A stretch of DNA of 17,162 nucleotides from a virus (Duplodnaviria; Heunggongvirae; Uroviricota; Caudoviricetes). Position 1 is the stretch's first letter; the number at the start of each line of letters is the position of its first letter. Of this stretch, positions 7,080 through 17,162 are shown one piece after another. The notes under the pieces were generated by a model. It had not been told where the DNA came from, ran no database searches, and worked only from the letters and a program-made list of their open reading frames with translations. The stretch lies in IMG/VR virus record IMGVR_UViG_2563366831_000005; one strand, 5' to 3'. The position numbers were made by a program, and so were the translations under genes.

Positions 7080-7373
7080 TTATTGTGAGCAATACACACG
7101 CGCTTCCAGCGGAGTATAAATGCCTAAAGTAATAAAACCGAGCAATCCATTTACGAATGTTTGCTGGGTTTCTGTTTTAACAACATTTTCTGCGCCGCCA
7201 CAAATTTTGGCTGCATCAACAGTTTTCTCCTGTCCAATTCCCGAAACGAAGAAATGATGGGTGATGGTTTCCTTTGGTGTTACTGCTGTCGGTTTGTTTC
7301 CAACAGTAAACGTCTGTTGAGCACATCCTGTAATAAGCATTGCCAGAGCGGCAGAAAACAACATTTTTTTCAT
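7080..7373 (-). CDS. bor: Bor outer-membrane lipoprotein (Iss-family serum-resistance lysogenic-conversion protein)
   Basis: 97 aa from the internal Met of track ORF 7080-7421: MKKMLFSAALAMLITGCAQQTFTVGNKPTAVTPKETITHHFFVSGIGQEKTV..., lipobox LITGC, AGGA ribosome-binding site on the minus strand. Matches lambda Bor. Confidence 0.85.
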   Translation of the reverse strand: MKKMLFSAALAMLITGCAQQTFTVGNKPTAVTPKETITHHFFVSGIGQEKTVDAAKICGGAENVVKTETQQTFVNGLLGFITLGIYTPLEARVYCSQ

Positions 7374-7735
7374 CTTATTATCCTGCATTGTTAAAAACGG
7401 CAGAATCCTATGTGACAACAATTAAACGATAGTTAAATGGATTGATGAAAATTAAAACTATATAGGTGTACGCTCAGACTATTGGAGGAAGTTGGGGGCA
7501 CTCAGAATCCTGTGGAATGAAATAAACCGCTCTTTCTGTCCATTACCCTTTTAGCTGCGCTGTATCGTCGCCGTATTCCCGCATTAACCATGACCGTAGC
7601 CCGACGGGGAATTCCTTCTGCGTGAGTGTGCGGGAATAATCAAAAACGATGCACACCGGGTTTTACTGTGCTGACAGACGCAGGGTTACCCTCATAGTCG
7701 CTTTTCCGGTGCGATGGTGGAAGAAACCGGGATGT

Positions 7736-7930
7736 TTATTCATCATCACTTTGGATTGATGTATATGCTCTCTTTTCTGACGTTAGTCTCCGACGGCAGG
7801 CTTCAATGACCCAGGCTGAGAAATTCCCAGACCCTTTTTGCTCAAGAGCGATGTTAATTTGTTCAATCATTTGGTTAGGAAAGCGGATGTTGCGGGTTGT
7901 TGTTCTGCGGGTTCTGTTCTTAGTTGACAT
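7736..7930 (-). CDS. YlcI-like small protein (DUF3950-type), function unknown
   Basis: 64 aa MSTKNRTRRTTTRNIRFPNQMIEQINIALEQKGSGNFSAWVIEACRRRLTSEKRAYTSIQSDDE. Same position (just upstream of cos and the Nu1 homolog) as ylcI in DLP12, as recalled. Confidence 0.55.
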   Translation of the reverse strand: MSTKNRTRRTTTRNIRFPNQMIEQINIALEQKGSGNFSAWVIEACRRRLTSEKRAYTSIQSDDE

Positions 7931-8129
7931 GAGGTTGCCCCGTATTCAGTGTCGCTGATTTGTATTGTCTGAAGTTGTTTTTACGTTAAGTTGATGCAGA
8001 TCAATTAATACGATACCTGCGTCATAATTGATTATTTGACGTGGTTTGATGGCGTAGATGCACGTTGTGATATGTAGATGATAATTATTATCATTTTTCG
8101 GGTCCTTTCCGGCGATCCGACAGGTTACG

Positions 8130-8141
8130 GGGCGGCGACCT
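8130..8141. other. cos: cosN cohesive-end site (12-nt lambda-type overhang GGGCGGCGACCT), flanked by cosQ (left) and cosB (right)
   Basis: ...ATCCGACAGGTTACG|GGGCGGCGACCT|CGCGGGTTTTCGCTATTTATGAAAATTTTCCGG... reproduces the junction of lambda's right and left ends as recalled. The Nu1 gene follows about 180 bp downstream. Confidence 0.8.
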
Positions 8142-8318
8142 CGCGGGTTTTCGCTATTTATGAAAATTTTCCGGTTTAAGGCATTTCCGTTCTTCTTCGT
8201 CGTAACTTAATGTTTTTATTTAAAATACCCCCTGAAAAGAAAGGAAACGACAGGTGCTGAAAACGAGCTTTTGGGCCTCTGTCGTTTCCTTTCTCTGTTT
8301 TTGGCCGTGGAATGAACA

Positions 8319-8838
8319 ATGGAAGTCAACAAAAAGCAGCTGGCTGACATTTTCGGTGCGAGTATCCGTACCATTCAGAACTGGCAGGAACAGGGAATGC
8401 CCGTTCTGCGAGGCGGTGGCAAGGGTAATGAGGTGCTTTATGACTCTGCCGCCGTTATAAGATGGTATGCCGAAAGGGATGCTGAAATTGAGAACGAAAA
8501 GCTGTGCCGGGAAGTTGAAGAACTGCGGCAGGCCAGCGAGACAGATCTCCAGCCAGGGACTATTGAGTACGAACGCCATCGACTTACGCGTGCGCAGGCC
8601 GACGCACAGGAGCTGAAAAATGCCAGAGACTCCGCTGAAGTGGTGGAAACCGCATTCTGTACTTTCGTGCTGTCGCGGATCGCAGGTGAAATTGCCAGTA
8701 TTCTCGACGGGATCCCCCTGTCGGTGCAGCGGCGTTTTCCGGAACTGGAAAACCGACATGTTGATTTCCTGAAACGGGATATCATCAAAGCCATGAACAA
8801 AGCAGCCGCGCTGGATGAACTGATACCGGGGTTGCTGA

Positions 8839-8864
<26 letters not shown>
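8319..8864 (+). CDS. nu1: Terminase small subunit Nu1
   Basis: 181 aa MEVNKKQLADIFGASIRTIQNWQEQGMPVLRGGGKGNEVLYDSAAVIRWYAER...; N-terminal winged helix-turn-helix. Matches lambda Nu1. Confidence 0.9.
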
Positions 8865-12545
<3,681 letters not shown>

Positions 12546-12565
<20 letters not shown>

Positions 12566-13865
12566 TCTCCCGCATATTGCCAGCATGGCCTTTAATGAGC
12601 CGCTGATGCTTGAACCCGCCTATGCGCGGGTTTTCTTTTGTGCGCTTGCAGGCCAGCTTGGGATCAGTCGCCTGACGGATGCAGTATCCGGCGACAGCCT
12701 GACTGCCGGAGAGGCACCCGCGGCGCTGGCGTTATCCGGTGATGATGACGGACCACGACAGGCCCGCAGTTATCAGGTCATGAACGGCATCGCCGTGCTG
12801 CCGGTGTCCGGCACGCTGGTCAGCCGGACGCGAGCGCTGCAGCCGTATTCGGGGATGACCGGTTACAACGGCATTATCGCCCGTCTGCAACAGGCTGCCA
12901 GCGACCCGATGGTGGACGGCATTCTGCTCGATATGGATACGCCAGGCGGGATGGTGGCAGGGGCATTTGACTGCGCTGACATCATCGCCCGTGTGCGTGA
13001 CATAAAGCCGGTATGGGCGCTGGCCAACGACATGAACTGCAGTGCAGGTCAGTTGCTTGCCAGCGCCGCCTCCCGACGTCTGGTCACGCAGACCGCCCGG
13101 ACAGGCTCCATCGGCGTCATGATGGCTCACAGTAATTACGGTGCTGCGCTGGAGAAACAGGGCGTGGAAATCACGCTGATTTACAGCGGCAGCCATAAGG
13201 TGGATGGCAACCCCTACAGCCATCTACCGGGTGATGTCCGGGAGACACTGCAGTCCCGGATGGATGCAACCCGCCGGATGTTTGCGCAGAAGGTGTCGGC
13301 ATATACCGGCCTGTCCGTGCAGGCTGTGCTGGATACCGAGGCTGCAGTGTACAGCGGTCAGGAGGCCATTGATGCCGGACTGGCTGATGAACTTGTCAAC
13401 AGCACCGATGCGATCACTGTTATGCGTGATGCACTGGATGCACGTAAATCCCGTCTCTCAGGAGGGCGAATGACCAAAGAGACTCAATCAACAACTGTTT
13501 CAGCCACTGCTTCGCAGGCTGACGTTACTGACGTGGTGCAAGCGACGGAGGGCGAAAACGCCAGCGCGGCGCAGCCGGACGTGAACGCGCAGATCACCGC
13601 TGCGGTTGCGGCAGAAAACAGCCGCATTATGGGGATCCTCAACTGTGAGGAAGCTCACGGACGCGAAGAACAGGCACGTGTGCTGGCCGAACCCCCCGGT
13701 ATGACCGTGGAAACGGCCCGCCGCATTCTGGCAGCTGCACCACAGAGTGCACAGGCGCGCAGTGACACTGCGCTGGATCGTCTGATGCAGGGGGCACCGG
13801 CACCACTGGCTGCAGGTAACCCGGCATCTGATGCCGTTAACGATTTGCTGAACACACCAGTGTAA
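12546..13865 (+). CDS. C: Head maturation protease / minor capsid protein C (S49/ClpP-like)
   Basis: GTG 12546 (VTAELRNLPHIASMAFNEPLMLEPAYARVFFCALAGQLGI...) in the frame of track ORF 12411-13865; 1320 bp as in lambda C. The track's 12411 start would overlap B by 155 nt and is rejected. Confidence 0.8.
13260..13865 (+). CDS. nu3: Scaffolding protein Nu3, in-frame internal start within C
   Basis: In-frame ATG 13260 (MDATRRMFAQKVSAYTGLSVQAVLDTEAAVYSGQEAIDAGLADELV...) sharing the C stop codon; nested C/Nu3 arrangement of lambda. Confidence 0.65.
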   Translation: MDATRRMFAQKVSAYTGLSVQAVLDTEAAVYSGQEAIDAGLADELVNSTDAITVMRDALDARKSRLSGGRMTKETQSTTVSATASQADVTDVVQATEGENASAAQPDVNAQITAAVAAENSRIMGILNCEEAHGREEQARVLAEPPGMTVETARRILAAAPQSAQARSDTALDRLMQGAPAPLAAGNPASDAVNDLLNTPV

Positions 13866-13874
13866 GGGATGTTT

Positions 13875-14207
13875 ATGACGAGCAAAGAAACCTTTACCCA
13901 TTACCAGCCGCTGGGCAACAGTGACCCGGCACATACGGCAACCGCGCCCGGCGGATTGAGTGCGAAAGCGCCTGCAATGACCCCGCTGATGCTGGACACC
14001 TCCACCCGTAAGCTGGTTGCGTGGGATGGCACCACCGACGGTACTGCCGTTGGCATTCTGGCGGTTGATGCTGACCAGACCAGCACCACGCTGACGTTCT
14101 ACAAGTCCGGCACGTTCCGTTATGAGGATGTGCTCTGGCCGGAGGCTGCCAGCGACGAGACGAAAAAACGGACCGCGTTTGCCGGAACGGCAATCAGCAT
14201 CGTTTAA
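13875..14207 (+). CDS. D: Head decoration protein D
   Basis: 110 aa from ATG 13875, [110 protein letters not shown]. The track's 13869 start adds two residues. Confidence 0.9.
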   Translation: MTSKETFTHYQPLGNSDPAHTATAPGGLSAKAPAMTPLMLDTSTRKLVAWDGTTDGTAVGILAVDADQTSTTLTFYKSGTFRYEDVLWPEAASDETKKRTAFAGTAISIV

Positions 14208-14225
14208 CCTTACCCTTCATCACTA

Positions 14226-14249
14226 AAGGCCGCCTGTGCGGCTTTTTTT
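14226..14249 (+). terminator. Hairpin plus T-tract between D and E (terminator-like structure)
   Basis: AAGGCCGC, loop ctgt, GCGGCTTT (14226-14245) followed by a T run; a second T run sits at 14256-14262, just before the E ATG. Confidence 0.4.
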
Positions 14250-14262
14250 ACGGGATTTTTTT

Positions 14263-15288
14263 ATGTCGATGTACACAACCGCCCAGCTGCTGGCGGCAAA
14301 TGAGCAGAAATTTAAGTTTGATCCGCTGTTTCTGCGTCTCTTTTTCCGTGAGAGCTATCCCTTCACCACGGAGAAAGTCTATCTCTCACAAATTCCGGGA
14401 CTGGTAAACATGGCGCTGTACGTTTCGCCGATTGTTTCCGGTGAGGTTATCCGTTCCCGTGGCGGCTCCACCTCTGAATTTACGCCGGGATATGTCAAAC
14501 CCAAGCATGAGGTGAATCCGCAGATGACCCTGCGTCGCCTGCCGGATGAAGATCCGCAGAATCTGGCGGACCCGGCTTACCGCCGCCGTCGCATCATCCT
14601 GCAGAACATGCGAGACGAAGAGCTGGCCATTGCTCAGGTCGAAGAGATGCAGGCCGTTTCTGCTGTGCTTAAGGGCAAATACACCATGACCGGTGAAGCC
14701 TTCGATCCGGTTGAGGTGGATATGGGCCGCAGTGCGGCGAACAACATCACACAGTCCGGTGGTACGGAGTGGAGCAAGCGTGACAAGTCCACGTATGACC
14801 CGACCGACGATATCGAAGCCTATGCGCTGAACGCCAGCGGCGTGGTGAATATCATCGTGTTTGATCCGAAAGGCTGGGCGCTGTTCCGTTCCTTCAAAGC
14901 CGTCAAGGAGAAGCTGGATACCCGTCGCGGCTCTCATTCCGAGCTGGAGACAGCGGTAAAAGACCTGGGCGAAGCGGTGTCCTATAAGGGGATGTATGGC
15001 GATACGGCGATCGTCGTGTATTCCGGACAGTACGTGGAAAACGACGTCAAAAAGAACTTCCTGCCGGACAACACGATGGTGCTGGGGAACACTCAGGCAC
15101 GCGGTCTGCGCACCTATGGCTGCATTCAGGATGCGGACGCACAGCGCGAAGGTATTAACGCCTCTGCCCGCTACCCGAAAAACTGGGTGACCACCGGCGA
15201 TCCGGCGCGTGAGTTCACCATGATTCAGTCAGCACCGCTGATGCTGCTGGCTGATCCTGATGCGTTCGTGTCCGTACAACTGGCGTAA
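14263..15288 (+). CDS. E: Major capsid protein E
   Basis: 341 aa from ATG 14263, MSMYTTAQLLAANEQKFKFDPLFLRLFFRESYPFTTEKVYLSQIPGLVNMALYVSPIVSGEVIRSRGGSTSEFTPGYVKPKHEV...; lambda gpE. The track's 14236 start is an extension. Confidence 0.92.
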   Translation: MSMYTTAQLLAANEQKFKFDPLFLRLFFRESYPFTTEKVYLSQIPGLVNMALYVSPIVSGEVIRSRGGSTSEFTPGYVKPKHEVNPQMTLRRLPDEDPQNLADPAYRRRRIILQNMRDEELAIAQVEEMQAVSAVLKGKYTMTGEAFDPVEVDMGRSAANNITQSGGTEWSKRDKSTYDPTDDIEAYALNASGVVNIIVFDPKGWALFRSFKAVKEKLDTRRGSHSELETAVKDLGEAVSYKGMYGDTAIVVYSGQYVENDVKKNFLPDNTMVLGNTQARGLRTYGCIQDADAQREGINASARYPKNWVTTGDPAREFTMIQSAPLMLLADPDAFVSVQLA

Positions 15289-15329
15289 TCATGGCCCTTC
15301 GGGGCCATTTTCTCTCTGTGGAGGAGTCC

Positions 15330-15725
15330 ATGACGAAAGATGAACTGATTGCCCGTCTTCAGGTGCTGGGTGAGCAACTGAACCGTGATGTCAGCCTGAC
15401 GGGGACGAAAGAAGAACTGGTGCTCCGTGTGGCAGAGCTGGAAGAGGAGCTTGATGACACGGATGACGCTGCCGGTCAGGACACATCTGTCAGCCCGGAA
15501 AATGCGCTGACCGGACATGAAAATGAGGTGGTATCAGCGCAGCCGGATACCGTGATTGATACGGCTGCTCTGGTCACGGTCGTGGCACTGGTGACGCTGC
15601 ATACTGATGCACTTCACGCCACGCGGGATGAGCCTGTGGCATTTGTGCTGCCGGGAACGGCGTTTCGTGTCTCTGCCGGTGTGGCAGCCGAAATGACAGA
15701 ACATGGCCTGGCCAGAATGCAATAA
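15330..15725 (+). CDS. FI: DNA-packaging / head assembly protein FI
   Basis: 131 aa from ATG 15330, MTKDELIARLQVLGEQLNRDVSLTGTKEELVLRVAELEEELDDTDDAAGQDTS...; GGAGGAG ribosome-binding site at 15318-15324. Confidence 0.85.
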   Translation: MTKDELIARLQVLGEQLNRDVSLTGTKEELVLRVAELEEELDDTDDAAGQDTSVSPENALTGHENEVVSAQPDTVIDTAALVTVVALVTLHTDALHATRDEPVAFVLPGTAFRVSAGVAAEMTEHGLARMQ

Positions 15726-15736
15726 CGGGAGGCGCT

Positions 15737-16090
15737 GTGGCTGATTCCGATAACCTGTTCGATGCTGCCATTGCCCGCGCCGATGAAACGATACGCGGGT
15801 ACATGGGAACGTCAGCCACCATGACATCCGGTGAGCTGTCCGGTGCTGTGATACGTGGTGTTTTTGATGACCCTGAAAATATCAGCTATGCCGGACAGGG
15901 CGTGCGCGTTGAAGGCTCCAGCCCGTCCCTGTTTGTCCGGACTGATGATGTGCGGCAGCTGCGGCGTGGAGACACACTGACCATCGGCGAGGAAAACTTC
16001 TGGGTGGACCGGATTTCGCCGGATGATGGCGGAAGCTGTCATCTCTGGCTTGGGCGTGGCGTGCCGCCTGCCGTTAACCGTCGCCGCTGA
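15737..16090 (+). CDS. FII: Head-tail connector (head completion) protein FII
   Basis: 117 aa, GTG start, MADSDNLFDAAIARADETIRGYMGTSATMTSGELSGAVIRGVFDDPENISYAGQGVRVEGSSPSLFVRTDDVRQLRRGDTLTIGEENFWVDRISPDDGG... Confidence 0.88.
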   Translation: MADSDNLFDAAIARADETIRGYMGTSATMTSGELSGAVIRGVFDDPENISYAGQGVRVEGSSPSLFVRTDDVRQLRRGDTLTIGEENFWVDRISPDDGGSCHLWLGRGVPPAVNRRR

Positions 16091-16101
16091 AAGGGGGATG
16101 T

Positions 16102-16680
16102 ATGGCCATAAAAGGTCTTGAGCAGGCCGTTGAAAACCTCAGCCGTATCAGCAAAACGGCGGTGCCTGGTGCCGCCGCAATGGCCATTAACCGCGTTGCG
16201 TCATCCGCGATATCGCAGTCGGCGTCACAGGTTGCCCGTGAGACAAAGGTACGCCGGAAACTGGTAAAGGAAAGGGCCAGGCTGAAAAGGGCCACGGTCA
16301 AAAATCCGCAGGCCAGAATCAGGGTTAACCGGGGGGATTTGCCCGTAATCAAGCTGGGTAACGCGCGGGTTGTCCTTTCCCGCCGCAGACGTCGTAAAAA
16401 GGGGCAGCGTTCATCCCTGAAAGGTGGCGGCAGCGTGCTTGTGGTGGGAAACCGTCGTATTCCCGGCGCGTTTATTCAGCAACTGAAAAATGGCCGCTGG
16501 CATGTCATGCAGCGTGTGGCCGGGAAAAACCGTTACCCCATTGATGTGGTGAAAATCCCGATGGCGGTGCCGCTGACCACGGCGTTTAAACAGAATATTG
16601 AACGGATACGGCGTGAACGTCTTCCGAAAGAGCTGGGCTATGCGCTGCAGCATCAACTGAGAATGGTAATAAAGCGATGA
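16102..16680 (+). CDS. Z: Tail assembly/completion protein Z
   Basis: 192 aa MAIKGLEQAVENLSRISKTAVPGAAAMAINRVASSAISQSASQVARETKVRRKLVKERARLKRATVKNPQARIRVNRGDLPVIKLGNARV...; lambda gpZ. Confidence 0.88.
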   Translation: MAIKGLEQAVENLSRISKTAVPGAAAMAINRVASSAISQSASQVARETKVRRKLVKERARLKRATVKNPQARIRVNRGDLPVIKLGNARVVLSRRRRRKKGQRSSLKGGGSVLVVGNRRIPGAFIQQLKNGRWHVMQRVAGKNRYPIDVVKIPMAVPLTTAFKQNIERIRRERLPKELGYALQHQLRMVIKR

Positions 16681-17072
16681 AACATACTGAACTCCGTGCA
16701 GCCGTACTGGATGCACTGGAGAAGCATGACACCGGGGCGACGTTTTTTGATGGTCGCCCCGCTGTTTTTGATGAGGCGGATTTTCCGGCAGTTGCCGTTT
16801 ATCTCACCGGCGCTGAATACACGGGCGAAGAGCTGGACAGCGATACATGGCAGGCGGAGCTGCATATTGAAGTTTTCCTGCCTGCTCAGGTGCCGGATTC
16901 AGAGCTGGATGCGTGGATGGAGTCCCGGATTTATCCGGTGATGAGTGATATCCCGGCACTGTCAGATTTGATCACCAGTATGGTGGCCAGCGGCTATGAC
17001 TACCGGCGCGACGATGATGCGGGCCTGTGGAGTTCAGCCGATCTGACTTATGTCATTACCTATGAAATGTGA
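16677..17072 (+). CDS. U: Tail terminator protein U
   Basis: 131 aa [93 protein letters not shown]...; ATG overlaps the Z stop (ATGA). Confidence 0.9.
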   Translation: MKHTELRAAVLDALEKHDTGATFFDGRPAVFDEADFPAVAVYLTGAEYTGEELDSDTWQAELHIEVFLPAQVPDSELDAWMESRIYPVMSDIPALSDLITSMVASGYDYRRDDDAGLWSSADLTYVITYEM

Positions 17073-17079
17073 GGACGCT

Positions 17080-17162
17080 ATGCCTGTACCAAATCCAGTA
17101 ATGCCGGTGAAAGGGGCCGGGACCACCCTGTGGGTTTATAAGGGGAACGGTGACCCTTATGC
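17080..17162 (+). CDS. V: Major tail tube protein V, 5' end only (continues beyond window)
   Basis: ATG 17080 preceded by GAGGA; reads [27 protein letters not shown]..., the lambda gpV N-terminus. Confidence 0.8.
   Translation, partial: MPVPNPVMPVKGAGTTLWVYKGNGDPY

Noticed and set aside
7161-7394. 77-aa plus-strand ORF
   Set aside because: Antisense to bor.
8220-8800. 179-aa and 120-aa minus-strand ORFs
   Set aside because: Antisense to the terminase small subunit gene; long open frames on the opposite strand are expected in GC-rich coding DNA.
12732-14193. Minus-strand ORFs inside C/Nu3 and D (12732-13223, 13500-13934, 13894-14193 and others)
   Set aside because: Antisense to well-supported head genes.
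14386-14937. 183-aa minus-strand ORF
   Set aside because: Antisense to major capsid gene E.
15330-15725. FI appears one codon shorter than the lambda FI length I recall
   Set aside because: Depends on remembered reference coordinates I cannot verify here; a one-codon indel in a linker region would be of little consequence.
15225-16352. Minus-strand and out-of-frame ORFs over FI, FII and Z
   Set aside because: Overlap well-supported genes; no independent evidence.

Overview
This window is a contiguous stretch of a lambdoid (lambda-like) prophage of an Escherichia/Shigella-type host. All protein identifications are from reading the translations and recalling the lambda, phage 21, P22 and DLP12 families; nothing was database-checked. 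Left to right: an IS629-type IS3-family element (minus strand, cut by the window edge) inserted so that only the last 13 codons of the replication gene remain; ren; a tR2-like terminator; a nin region (ninB, Dam-type adenine methyltransferase, ninE, a NinX-like AT-rich gene, a chimeric ninF'/'ybcO scar, rusA, ylcG); a Q antiterminator; a hairpin/terminator cluster; an intact OmpC-family porin gene on the opposite strand with a ~590 bp AT-rich upstream region; a phage-21-type lysis cassette (pinholin, SAR endolysin, Rz with nested Rz1); bor and a ylcI-like small gene on the minus strand; a lambda-type cos site; and the lambda head/tail genes Nu1, A, W, B, C with nested Nu3, D, E, FI, FII, Z, U and the start of V. 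No rRNA, tRNA or CRISPR array was found. I do not see a clear multi-gene system that looks undescribed. The most unexplained places are the nin-region AT-rich gene plus chimeric scar (2483-3040), a 26-codon hydrophobic micro-ORF coupled between ren and ninB across the terminator (1272-1352), and the porin module's long AT-rich leader with a 44-codon hydrophobic ORF (5293-5880).
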